From positions 41,664,001 through 41,728,000 of the forward strand of contig NC_087247.1 of the NCBI RefSeq assembly GCF_037042905.1: a stretch of 64,000 bases of DNA, in the 5' to 3' direction. Position numbers and translations under genes: made by a program. Shown piece by piece: positions 11,515-25,070 of the stretch (position 1 is the first letter of the stretch; every line of letters begins with the position of its first letter). Below the pieces are notes generated by a model that saw only the letters and a list, made by a program, of their open reading frames with translations, did no database searches and was not told the DNA's origin. The stretch comes from Lytechinus pictus. Its lineage: Eukaryota.

Positions 11515-12594
11515 CTGGGGCGACGGGAAGGGGGGGGTGGGGTGGGCGGGGGTCACTTGCCCCAAAAATCCAAAAGGGAAAAAATGCCCTTTTTTCAAAA
11601 TGAAATGTGCCCTCTATCAAAATGAAATACCCTTTTTGAACTCAAACAATATATTTTACGTTAGAAAATCACATTTTTGGGCGCGCGTTTGCATTAATAA
11701 ATTTAGTTAGGAACTCCTCCTGTTCATCAATTATTGTTTAGTAAGGTACTCATCCTGTTCATGGTTACAAAAATGCTTATAATGTCCAGTTTCAGGTTGG
11801 AATATCAACAATTTTGGCTCGCGCTCGCATCAATGACTGTTTTGTAAGGTTCTCATTATGTTCCTGGTTACAAAAATACTTAGAATGTCCAGTTTAAGGT
11901 TGGAGTATGACATATTTTCAGCTCGCGCTTTGCGTTCGGATTATTTGAATGTTGAGGTATGTATCATACTCAATATGTTCCTGGTTACAAAAAAATACTT
12001 AAAATGTCCAGTTTAAGGTTGGAATATCACAAAGTTTCAGCTCGCGCTTTGCGTTCGCATTATTCGATTGTTGAGATATGTATTCTATTCATGAGTCACT
12101 AAATGCAGTCCTTAACAGGTTCCTTTTCAGTATAATAAAAATTTCAGATCGCGCCTCGCGTGAATTCTTTAGTAAAATACACATTTTTATATGATTAAAA
12201 AACTGCACGGAATGTTCAATTTTCATGTCTTATAAAATGTCCAAAAGTTTGAGCTCCCGATTCGCGCTCGCAACATCGCAAAAGTAAACAATAATTAGCG
12301 CCATAATTGACCCAAAATCGAGTTTTACAACTTAAGATATTGAAAAGCTTTCCGAACCGCTGGCTCTATACGTTCTCTCGCGGAAAAAATAAAGCTGAAA
12401 TATATATCTTATCAATCAAAAATCACTTCGAAAAAGGCTTTGCTCAACTTAATTACTACAAAACACACTACTACTTCATGCAGATGATAATCTCATGGTG
12501 AAAATATACGTCTGTACCAAAATGCCTATTTTGATATAATGCCCTTTTTGGCTTTGCACCACCCTCCAAACGAAAATACGTTCCGCCGCCCCTG
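11515..12594. mobile_element. Non-autonomous TIR element (C(A/T)GGGGCG ends) with internal ~105-120-bp tandem repeats carrying GCTCGCGCTT(T/C)GCG
   Basis: CTGGGGCGACGGGAA / TTCCGCCGCCCCTG ends; three copies of TGGTTACAAAAA..AATGTCCAGTTT..GGTTGGA. Same motif family as 55593-56704 in the opposite orientation. No TSD found. Confidence 0.65.
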
Positions 12595-12924
12595 CTAATT
12601 GATACACACATTTCAAATTGGATAATGATATTTGCATCATCATCACTCTGCAAATATCAGCGTCTACTTATATATAAACATTCACAATGTCGAATACATT
12701 GTTTTAAAGAAACGATTTGCTTAACGTTCATTGAGAAGTCTGAAATTCACATTTTTATTCGGGCGTGTGGGTGTGTGAAGCGAATGTGAGAAAGATATGT
12801 GTGATTAAAATACACTGTATGCCTATATAAGCGTTGTATCTATAACTGAAATAACAACTTACACCAAACTAATTTTATTTATGCCATGAACATCTTCTTT
12901 AAAAGGTAAAACTCGCACTATAGT

Positions 12925-13488
12925 GACCCTCGGTATACGGGTATACCATCGCGACGTCATGTGACTTTTTACGAGGCAATGTCATGCCGAAAATGGCTAA
13001 TTTTTATACTTTAATTGTGTACAAAGTCTATGGGACATGAAATTCATAAAAGGGTGATTATTTTTCGTTCTAATTGGTCTGCTTAATTAAGCATTAAGAT
13101 AAAAAACAAATAAAACATAAGAAATTCTAAAAACAAAGAAATACATAAGGTGAAAATTGGCTTTCGCCATTTTTCTTTGTGGAAACCATTAAATTAGATT
13201 ACAAAGATGACATCTGCAAAGAAAGAAGAAAAATTGAAGCGAAAAAGTGTGTTAAATATGCGAATAACGCTTTTCATGAATACATTTGCATATTTTATTC
13301 ATAATAATTAAAAAATTATTATTTTCAGATTTTGTTTTATACTAGCATATAGTTTACGTGGTAAAGAATGTGCGTGCCCAATTTCGGCGTGATCGCGCGA
13401 ACGGCGGCCGAGATCAGAAGGGGTGAATCATGCCCCCCGTCCTCGATACATCTCAAATAGCCCAGTCCTTTTAGCAGGTTTCGGGTTA
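12925..13488. mobile_element. Probable one-ended fragment of a TTAA-targeting DNA transposon
   Basis: Ends in ...AAATAGCCCAGTCCTTTT...GGGTTAA with CpG-rich subterminal sequence; matching left end not found. Confidence 0.35.
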
Positions 13489-15872
13489 AAGATATGGACT
13501 TCATGCAAATAAATCAATCAACAAAGTCATTTTAAAACGGTATTCCTTTCTGCATTTTAAATGATTGATATTAATCACAGAAACGAATAATGATTTTTTT
13601 TCCCCTAATAGTTATCATTTTTTTATTGAAAGTCAAAAATATGTTTACCTTCAATTGTAAACGTGATGAATTTCATGAACATGTTGCATCGGAGAAAAGA
13701 TAGTCGACAGAAAGTAAATTAGGTTTGTCGATCGTATTTACGATTTGCTTTGCATCATGGTATTAAATGTGTGCGTTATGGTGTTTTAGAACTGTAAAGA
13801 CTCAGTGCAATGTCCTTCATACCAAATTAAAGAGGGATGACGTAGCGGTTATGGGGCACTTCTCCTCCAGACGACCAAATTTTGGTTGAATTTCTAAAGA
13901 AACCTTCTTGACCCGACCACTGATACCCCCGATTCATCTCAGGCGTGAAGTTTACTTTCAAGCTGTCCAATTCAATCGCGTTCAGTGTTATTACAGTCTC
14001 TAATATATTTCCTTACCAGGATTTTCCATGAAATTAAAACTTACCCGGAGGTATACTCAATTTTACCAATCTTACTTTGATGCTTTGATGCCACTGGGAT
14101 GGCGCTTGTATTCCATAATGTCCGTATAATGTACATCTGCATGAAGAGTCGCACCAAAAATACAAATAAAAAATCACAACATATTGGCCTATTTCTTCAC
14201 TCCCAATAAAGGGACTCTCACTGCCTAAAAAGACACAGTTCCCTAAAAATTATTAAAAAGTATGATATGAAAATATACAGGCATTTCACCGTAAAATGTG
14301 TAGCAGAGAGGTGGCGCAAAATAATGAACTTTTTAAAATGAAAATCCTATTTCATAACACCTCACCCTTTTTCTTAATCAGAGACCCCTTGGGGGCACTA
14401 CCCCAAGCCCTCATCCGTACAACCTTACTTCTTGGTTTTTAAGATCTAAACATTTAGTGTACAAGATTGGGTTTTGAAACACCCAGGAAATTTTGACTCA
14501 TTATAAAGCCCGGCTTCGACGTACAATCTTTACTTTAGAACTTGTTGTAAAGTAAATTCTTCCTGAAATGAAATATTATTTATCTAAAAATAATCAAATC
14601 AATAAATTATAACTTGAACCCCAGAATTAGTTTGATGAATAAAGATTAAATAAAATTGTTGCTCTCAATATCTTGGCAAGCATTACAGATAATGTCAGTG
14701 GATAATGCCAGGAGAGTCAAGAAAATGAAAGCAAATGAGAGCGTTATTGGGTGGGGGTGGCTCTTAATATTTTCCTTTCCACGTTGGCTATCCCCATATT
14801 CTATTCTCTCTTTCCCCATGCCCTTCTCTCATATATTTTCTTTCATTCACCGTTTAACATCAGTTTTGCAAAGTCCCACTTTCCCCTGACTACTAAAGTC
14901 TGCCATATAGCTTGAAAAGATAGCAATCATTGTCATCCTGGTAACAGGAAATGCTTCCCTGCTTGAACCACGCCCCATCCATCCAACAATCAACACTACT
15001 TCACTCCTCGAGGGAGTCTGATGACCAGCTAAAATCTTTGCTCCAGACCTGCATGTCTGAGAACATGACTGGGAAAATAAACAGAAGTCTGTTGTCTAAG
15101 GTAAATATGAGAGATAAGTGAGCATGAATTGAATGCATAAATGCTCCTCAACGAAAATCATAGTAATATAAATGTCATGGTTTTATAACTACATGTGTAT
15201 ATTAAATCTGCATGATGCTACATGTACAGCAGTAACAAACACATAAACTGGGTGACTCGCTGAGGATGCATTTTTTTTATTGTTATAGTTGAACCTCGAA
15301 ACGTTAAAGAGTGTTTTTACGACTGCGTTATCATTGTTGATCAAATAAGGGGGAAGAGCGAAAAAAATTGCCATCCACATTTCACGATTGGCAGAGCTTA
15401 AAACGCTAAAAGCTTTTTTTTGGGGGGAGGGGGTCGTCCTAAAGATTGAAGTTTACGTAAATTTTAGCTATATTTTTAACAAGATAAGGTATGTAATAAG
15501 TGTAATATGTAATAAATACTGCGACCGCTATACGGTAGACTAAATATTTGGTTAATTCGTTAATTCATATTCAAACCAAAATATGGAACTTTCAAAATAC
15601 TATGAACAAATGAATGCCTAACCAAATAATTAATGCGAATGCAAAACTCGAATTGTAATTGTTAATAAACATGTATTGACCTGGACAGGAGACATATCAC
15701 AAACTGTTTGGAAGGACTAATGAAGAGTATACATATCCTACTATCTAAATGATTCGAGCGCGAAGCGCGAGCTGAAAATATTTGACATTCAGGATTGAAA
15801 ACCTGACGGTTTAAGCACGCCTTATGATTATTAACAAACTAACAATACGAGCGTGAAGCGTGAGCCAAACTA

Positions 15873-17915
15873 TACACAACAAAAAAAGTAAGTCCCCCCT
15901 TGAACAAACATCAATAATTTCCGAACCAATGCGAGTTTTTGATATATTTTTACACGAGTGTGTAGGTAATTTTATAAGCTACCCTCTGAGTAAATGTTAT
16001 GGACGTATTCTACGTCATGCTTGAGTGAGCACCGTCAGAAGGCAAAAATGTCACTTTCCAAAAGTCACAAGCCAAAAATCATGACTTTGATTCCATTTTA
16101 TTGGAACTGATTCCACATTCTCATCATGAAAAATAGTCAAAAGGCTTGTAAAAGGTACTTTCTAAAAGACGATACAATTTTTTGGGCTAAATTTCACGGT
16201 TGAATAAACACAAGTCCAAAATTTGCTATAATTGGATTTTTTACACATTTTCATCAATAAAAATGATAGAATATGATGACAGTTATTTTTGGGAAGAGTA
16301 TCTTCAACAATATTCATCGTTTCACGGTTCAATGAACAATTATTGAAAACAAAAAACACGATTTTCAAATATCATAGGCAAGTATTGTTTCATTTTGGTA
16401 ACTGAAACTGATCTTTTATCAACTTTTTCGCTATGTTCATGACCAATTAACATGCTTCAATGATTCAAAGGCGTTTAATTAAACATTCACGCTTGAATGA
16501 ACATGTGGAATGTGATTAGCTCTTGTTTACGTTATTGGAAAAAATGCAATTTGTAACTATGGATATCTGTCACAAACCTCCGTGCATGGTTCATTTGATT
16601 TGATTTTTATGAAAATCCCGATGTTTAATGCATCAGTGAGCACACAATATTCGAAAATTATGCAAATGAGAAGAAAGTTCAAGGCCTTGGCCCCACTCTG
16701 TGCCGCATCGAATTGTTATTTTGGTTTGCGCGCCTTTTGGATAGTGTTACTCTGAAGCCATGTGCGAAGTTTCATAAAATAACTGTTGGCAGAAGTAACA
16801 AAAACCGTCCATGAAACAAACCCCTTATTTCATATTTGTTGAATTTTGACTTCCTCTCTCATAGACTTGTGTACATTATGGGTGCATATGTTTAAGAATT
16901 AGTAACACCTTATTCAATATGGTGGAACTTTTTTTCAAGGCTGTCTACAGCAATGTCATTAGGCAGTAATGTTTATCAACCTATGGGCAGAATTCTGTGC
17001 AAAAATGAAATCGATTTGTTTATTTACGGATGAGTGAGCACGCATCAAAGTGAGAAAATGGGTATCTTCAATGTCACAGACTCATTTTAAAGGGTAATAA
17101 GGTGAATATTGGGGGCAAATTCGGTTTCAAATGTGACTTTAATTGCTGTTGTTTTTATTATCCATCATTTCTAATCACCACACACTTACCGAACTTAACA
17201 TTTTCATGGTTGAGCGAGCACATTCGAAAACTTAGGAATGAATACTCTTTATACTGCATAAATGCATTATATTTTCCTAACAATTTCTTATGATCAGTTT
17301 AATTTATGGACAAATCAGTGGTGGATCCAGAATTAAAAAATGGGGGAGGGGCCTATAATCGGGGGAGCCACCAACATTTTCAAATTTTAATATGACCAAA
17401 CAAGTTGTAGAGGATACTACCAAAAAACCCTATGATGATACGTCACAATACAGGGGCCGCGGAACGGTTTTCAAAGTGTGGGGAAGGGGCTGAGCCAATC
17501 TATGGTAATTTTTACATTTTTGTACATGATTTTGGAAAAAAGTGGGCCCCCCGCACCCCCGGCCCCTGCGATATTGTGCTCACTCAACCATGAACATACG
17601 ATATCAAAATTGTGTGTGGAGTGGCTAAATGATGGATAGCAAAACAGCATAACACCATAAAATTCACCTAAAAACAACTTTTGCCCAACTTTGTATTTGC
17701 ACAATCTGAAAAACGACTCTTGTGACTTTCAAAAATGGTCATTTTTAATTCAATCTTTAATTACTCATGCATGGCTCAACCGATCAATCTCATTTTTCCC
17801 CAGGAGTTGCTTAATGAGTGTAGAAAACCACCTACGAAATATCATATCTCAAAATAACTCCGTTCAAAAGTTACAGCAATTTGATTTAGGGGGGACTTAC
17901 TTTTTTTGTTGTGTA
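15873..17915. mobile_element. Non-autonomous Tc1/mariner-like element nested in a GCGCGAAGCGCGAGC-family element
   Basis: Perfect TIR TACACAACAAAAAAAGTAAGTCCCCCCT with TA flanks and repeated GAGTGAGCAC motif. The host repeat unit resumes across the insertion. Confidence 0.85.
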
Positions 17916-20719
17916 TAGATATACTGACATGAAAAGGACATCTTAATGACGGTTAGTAGGAATCCATGAAGAGGATACGTATCTTCCTAATCAAAGTATC
18001 CTACTACGAGCAAGCTTCGGTCCCTGGATCCGCCTATGGATAATATCATTATCATCATTGATGTAATTATTATTAGAAGTAGTATCAACATTTTATATTT
18101 TTAGAGTATAGGCTATAGGCCAATGTCCTTTGTATCATATTTTGCAAAACCTCTTCTTCTCTCCATCATGTCCATACAAAGACAACAATAATTGTGAAAA
18201 TTTACATGGTTTAGATATGATCAGGATAGTTTGAGTTCTCATAGGTTTGGTTTGATTTTTTTAATCAATTACGGGGAAAGGGCATGACGGTTTGATTTGA
18301 TTATCACTAATATGATTAGACTTACTGATGTGGGCGTCCAGAATCATATCGCGAGTCCAATCGGATCTGTGTTTGAATATGTTCGGAAGTTTGCTTTCAA
18401 TTTGAAGAAAGGTCAGAAGCTCACTGGGACAACTTTGTTGGGTATCAGCTCTGACAATAGGATATCCTGACTCAGGTATCCATGGAAATTATTAGTTGAG
18501 TGAATGTGTAGCTTCCGCGAAGTTTCTGCAAAATTTCCTTTCAGAAGCATGGTGATGATTGTGGTAAACTGTTGCTGCTTTGCTTAGCAGGTCTACTTTG
18601 TTCCTTTGCCAGGGATTTAATACTATGTCAGACTTGATATTCTAGAATTCTGAAAAAATAATCCTTGTTTGAATCAAGGTGAAAATTCAGTCTTCATAGT
18701 TCAGGTATACCTGACTGCAACAATATCTCTTCCGCTATTTTTAACTTAAATTAAAAAAAAACAGGTCGTTTATATTGAATGCTCAGTGTCAGTGACTATT
18801 CTAGGGAAGCCTTTAACTAGCCATGAAATTGATACATTCATAAGGTCATCCCTATAAATAACCTTCCGTGTTATGTGTAGGGCTAATAATTGATCTTCCT
18901 TTACTAGAAGCAAGTTCATTCCAGAGAGGTTTATGGACAGGTCAATTCCATGCTATAGGTTCACGCTTAGCACACTCTCGAGATTCTAAAAAAAAACTGG
19001 TAACATATACTGAATGTTCTAGCACAAATACAGTCCAGTCAATGACAAGAATCTTAGGGAACTAAGTACAGGATCTATAGCAGGAACATGAATTTAAATG
19101 GCATAATCCCCAAAATGTCAAAATTCTGAATTAAAAACTTACTAGATAACGAAACCCAGCAATTCATAAATATACACGTTACCTATCTTCGAGCAGACAT
19201 GTTGTGTAACAACTAACATAATATTGTACAAATATGCAGATGGCTATTTTTTTGAAAAAATAGAGCCAGGTGAGTGTTAGAAAATCCGCCTGATACAACG
19301 AATAAAATGATAAAAACAATGTTTGTTCAATGTTATTTCTCCTAAACTGATATGCTACAGAAGAATTGCCTATTTGATATACCAACAAGATGATTGCAAA
19401 CCATATTGTGCTTTTTGCTAAAATTAAATGCCTACATACTAAAAGATCCATAATTATTGATATTGAGAATGGTAAAACAGTGAACTAGTATGAAGCAAAC
19501 GTACCATTCTGGGTTTTTTTTTCTAAAGTATGGACAAATGGAAAGGTATTTGTAAAAAAAAACTTGACTGGAGGTCAGCATAATCTGATTAAATTATCTT
19601 CTTAAACGGGATTATACTCTATTTTCAAACTGAGCGGTATCTGTGGTTACCGCTAAGAGTATATAAATAGAATTAATGTCTGGGGATTATAATTACTTAC
19701 AGTTTGAGATATATGGTTGCATTTTTTAAGTTGGGCATGCAAAAAGGGTGGCGGATGAACAATTTTCCTTATGGTGCCATGGATAAATTGTTGCTACATC
19801 GCAGCATCTTGATCAAATTTATTGAGTAAGATCTAATTTTGAAGCTAGAACTATAGGCTAAATATATTACTATAAATTAAAAGCAGGGAACAACTAAACG
19901 TTATAAAAATCTGACAATTCTGAAAATATGCAGGAATGAAATACATGTATATGTCAGCTCTGATCAGCAACCTAATCATTGGTACTTTGGTTAATTATCT
20001 AATTTGAAAATTTAATTGAGTATAAAAGTTGTGTATTATTGCAACAAACATTTCTAGCCATGATGTAGTCGTGTCAAGTATAAAATGAACAGTGACATCC
20101 ATTTTGGGGGCAAAAATGTGAAATTAGATATTGTTAATTAATTAGTGTAATTAATATGCATACAATAACAGATAATCATTCGCTTTTTGTTACAGATTTA
20201 ATTATTGATGTTACAAGATTAAAACTGCAAAATACTAGGGTGATGCAATGTAGCATTAGGCTTTTACACCATTTTATGTGCAGCAGGTCCAATTTGAGAA
20301 AAACACATTTTAAAATTCATATTTACATTGACGTTTATGTAATAATTAGCTGTTAATTAGTAATTTTAAGGAAAAATAAAGGTATTTGAGACTTCAAAAC
20401 TTTTTCATCATTTTTTTTACAGAATGGTAATACCTATATGACATATCAAAAACCCTGTTCGCGAAATTTGACCACCTTATGAAATGCGACCATAATATAT
20501 TGAACGATAGGGTTCAATAAGAAGTTAGCGAAAGGGGCTATGTATCTTCATTGTACTAGTATATCAAAGGCCCCTTTTATTAAAGGAAACTCCATCCGCC
20601 CTCTCTCTTCATTGTTACACTCAGTGGCATTAGATATACAGTGGAGCTGTGTTTTATAGCTCCATGGATATACCAAGTTAATCAAAGTACATAATTATTA
20701 TATATGACCCGAAAGAGTA

Positions 20720-21550
20720 CACTGTAAAAAAATCTTTGAATCAGTAGTTAACACTTAATGTATTTAAGTAGAATTTACAATTTGTAATTATTTTTCGTTG
20801 TTTTTAAGTAGTTTCAACTTGTCTTTTAATTTACTTGATTTACTTGATTTATTTGGGTTCAATATACATTTAAGAAAATTCACGTATTGATAGCTTGCTT
20901 TGATTGAGTAAATCTAACTCAATTAGGCAAAGATGATTGTTACTTATAAAATCATGTTGAATGTACTTATATTTTTCAATTAACGCCATATTTAAATAAT
21001 GCATGAATATTCATTAGAGCAAGTAAATGTTTTTTTTTTTAAATAACTGTCATATCTATTTGTGTTTGAAATTGTTTTGGATAAGGGTGTGCTAACTATT
21101 GTATTCTTTTGTTGAATCAATGAAAAGGCAATATTAAATAGTCATTTAGCAGAAAATTATTCTCACTGTTTTATTTGTAAGAATGAAACGATCGCGTATA
21201 AATATAAATGTCAGTACCTATACATGTACAGGTAAGTGACAATTCACAAAGTCTAATATTTGGATAAAACATGTCTAAAATGAAAATGATGCCACCAAAA
21301 GTGGGACGATGGGGGAGTGGACTTTCGAATCACGAAAGTCCACTCCCCCATTTGATATTTTCAAATATTTTGTTGATTGTTTTACTTAATTGAATTAAGT
21401 TATTGTAACTTAATTTTCTTGAGTAAAATGGAAGCAAAGAAAATAAGTAAATTTTACTTAAAACTGCCAAAGTCATAAATACTTGAAAAAATTAAGGCAA
21501 TTTTTGCCACAATTTTATTAAGTAATTTCTACTAATTTTTTTTTACAGTG
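20720..21550. mobile_element. CACTG-ended non-autonomous DNA transposon at a TA site
   Basis: TA|CACTGTAAAAAAA ... TTTTTTTACAGTG|TA; interrupts the left arm of an older inverted-repeat element (~20705-22015). Confidence 0.8.
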
Positions 21551-22185
21551 TACCTTAATTCTCTCAAATAATTTGATACCATATGTGGTATGTGTTAACG
21601 CTCAGATAATCAGGAGCTTTTTGGTTTTTTTATTACTTTGATCTAAGTTCGATTTGCGCCAAAGGCTGCAATGAATGAATCCATGCAGGTGCCAATGATG
21701 TCATTATCCTACATAAGTTAGAAAACATATTTGAAAACCCCTTTTCAAAAGAATTAACTTGAGAATTGATACTAAAAAGTGTTTATTACACAATTCTAAT
21801 GTTAATTATTGAAAAAAGTGTTTTGCAATGGATCTTAATGCAACCCTCGTAGGATTATGACATAATTGACATCTGGATTCACTGATAATGAGTCATGCCT
21901 TACTTTGGCGCAAGTCAAAATTTACTTCACTGCAAAGCATAACTACTAATTATCCAAGCATGAAGACATACCAATATGGTATAAAATTATTTTGGAGAAT
22001 ATACTCTTTCAGGCCATTTAAAAAGGTGATGTGCTCATGTCATATTTTCCCTTAAATTTGTGATTTGTGAGGTCTCAAGTTTTCTTTTTATTCACACGGT
22101 ATAATGCTAATTAAACGTACCCACCTACATGACATATATCCCTCAAATCAATCAAGTGAATATCAGTCTTGTTTCACATGATATA

Positions 22186-22393
22186 GGAGGCGCGATAGCT
22201 CAGTCGGTAGAGCGGGGATTTCGAATTCCGGTGACCCGGGTTCGAATCCCACTTGATGCGCTAGTGCCCTTTGCCAAGGCATTAATCCTCATTACCAGGT
22301 CCCTCGGAGATGACCTTATAAGACGTCGGTCCTCTGGTTGCTTGCTCACAAGCATTCATGCTTTCTTAGCGATCAGGTAAAAGATCACCACTA
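22186..22393 (+). mobile_element. tRNA-derived SINE
   Basis: Pol III A box TAGCTCAGTCGG (22196-22207) and B box GGTTCGAATCC (22239-22249), followed by a non-tRNA body; imperfect flanking repeat TTCACATGAT/TTCACATAAT. Confidence 0.8.
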
Positions 22394-25028
22394 TTCACAT
22401 AATCGATGCATTGCTTGTAACATCAAAAGAACATACGAAATATGAAAAGGGTAAGGCAGCATAATACCTTGCCAGACTCATGTTTCATTCCCGTGGGTTG
22501 ATATGATGTTGATTGGAGAGGTCCCTGGATACTTCTACGATAAGATGTAACTGACAGGCCTAGACGAGAAAGATTGCTTTTACGTGGGCAAGAGGAAGAC
22601 ATCAAAACAGCCTTGTTGTTGCTAGACTACTGAATAACAATGACACGATTAGTGTCACAAACTGAGATGGGTGTAACATTGCTGAGTATTATTGATCAAC
22701 AGAGGGATGAAGATTTCGAGGTCATCAACTTGGATTTCAGATTCATCATCGAGGTGAGTTGAGCAAATACATGTACTTTTTGGCAGGTAAATTCAAGAGG
22801 GAAATTGTAAATTGTTTCATCCAACTAGTACTAACTAAAGGCCTTTATCAAGTATCAACTCACCATGAACTCATTATAATTAAAATCCATCCTCCTTAAC
22901 AATTTGGTAATTTTTCCATCAAATAACAAATAAGGGTAAATAAGGAAATCCTTAAAACATATATCTGTAGAAGTTTCATTGCAACATAACCAATTAAAGT
23001 TTGTTTGGGGACAGTGTGAGACAAAATTCACGGATTATTTTAGCATGTATGTTTTTGACTTGGAAGTCAAATATTTTCATGCTCTGAAAACAAAATGGCC
23101 ATTAACCAAACCCAAAGAATACGCCCTCGTCTTTACGACTGTTCAAATTCAGGGATTCTGTTGAATTTGGCAACAAAACTTCGATTCGTGATTCTGAGGT
23201 ACAGCAGAATTTATATAAAACTACATTCCAGCAAATTTGACTTATTTCTTGCAACTATGTTTTATTTCAACATGAAGAGAGTGGGTTGTTCGCAGCACCA
23301 AAAATTGTAAATTTCATGATCTTATAAATTTCATGATCAATTTAGGTAAGCGTGGGACGGCGTGAATGAGGGAAGAGGGGACCCTGGATCCCGATCATTA
23401 CATAGAGGAAAACTCAACAGTCATATCCCTTATGAAACCCTTAACATATCAAAAGCCCTATGATTGGTTAATATCGACTGAAATCGCATAAATCAATTTT
23501 TTAAATCCCTAAGGTGGTAACGAAATTGTAGATCCTACAACTATTTTCACACTTAATTTTCACATTAGTTCACTGTAACACTTTATTAGGCTCACTAACT
23601 CTTACAAACACCATCAATCCAGCAATCATTACTTAACTGTTAAAGAAATACTTAATAAGCTAAGGGCAAGATGACTAAGTGGGATTAGCATGGTTTGTAA
23701 TGACCAAACAGTGATCACTACTCACCAGGGGACCACCTGTTGGTTTAAAGGTGATTCACCTGTCTTACAAACGACACCATCGTCTGTCACTCCAACTAAT
23801 TACAACAATAGGTCCTGACCTTATCCAAGACTAGTTGACTTTTACTTTTTCAGAAACTTGCTAAAAAAAACTTTTGCATTATATGTAAATTCATATCTGC
23901 ATAATGCCTTAATTATAACAAATTTAGAACTTGTATTTATACAACAATGAGTAATGCTGTTATGTAAATTAGCTTTTGTTTGCTTAAAATTTTATTCCAC
24001 AAGACCTTGAATAGTAGAGTGGAAACATGAGTAAGTGACGGTACCTGTCCAACTAAATACCCTCTTGGACTGGTGTTGAGAGGCACAGTTACTATGTGAA
24101 CCACACAGATGTATCATTAACGACTGTTACTGCTCATTAAATCCACAGACTGCATTTATGGAAAGTACCAAAACTTGATATCTGAGATAGTAGTATTCTA
24201 GAGTAATTGCCACGTATTTGTCATAAATGTGTACCTTGTATTGTTTTTTTATGAGTTTCATGAATACTATCCATCAATAATTAAAATCAATCCAACAAAC
24301 CAACGAGCTTCAGTTTGAAACTCATACACATTTCCCGTCAACATGGTCAAAACAGCTCGTTTTACATATCTGCAAACATTCTGTGAAAATTCTGTCTTTC
24401 TATATTATATCGCCTTCTTTATAACATCCACACATTTCTAGATATCTTGGGGAGGGAAAAGTGGGTTTCTTTAAAAACTTTAGCACATGACATGTGACTC
24501 TGTATAGTGGAGTTTTCATCCGAATGGCACGCACATGCCCCTTGCCCAGATCCGTTGCTTTATTGCTACTTCCTTCAATAGGCCCAACGGTAGTTCGCAA
24601 CGATATCTTAAAATGTGGATATCATAAAAAAAAAAAATCGCATGATTTCGATCTACCCGCTTCTTCCTTCATCTATACATCTTAGCAGACGAACGCGCAC
24701 TGGGTGCCCAAACGCACGTCGTCAAGTATCATCTGTCTCCCGCAGCACCCGCGGATCTCATGACATCTTGCAAACTATCGAACACGAAAGAATAACAGGG
24801 AAAAGGAACGAAAGATTTGAAAATATATCATAATTTTTTTTAATTCAATTTCTTTGAGGGATCTCATGGCGGATAAAAGGCACCATTAGTTTTCTACTAG
24901 TTTGCCGAAATTGAAGAAAAAAACCTCATAAATTTGATGTGAGCAGAGAAGCATCCGACTAAACGCCTCCATTACGCTAGAAGTCTGTGCATCAAAAATA
25001 AATGAATGAAACCATGCCGAGCATCAAA

Positions 25029-25070
25029 ATGGCGAAAATATGGATGTTATCACTTCTGGTCATCTTCATG
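25029..25070 (+). CDS. Gene B exon 1: start codon and signal peptide
   Basis: caaaATGG context, [14 protein letters not shown], phase-0 donor ATG|gtaaat. Joined to the next exon it gives [22 protein letters not shown], a typical signal peptide. The link across a 16-kb intron is inferred. Confidence 0.65.

Noticed and set aside
15010-15050. Hammerhead at CTGATGA near 15018
   Set aside because: No helix II followed by GAAA.
22189-22263. Functional tRNA-Arg(TCG) gene
   Set aside because: Acceptor and anticodon stems are imperfect and the sequence runs on into a SINE body.
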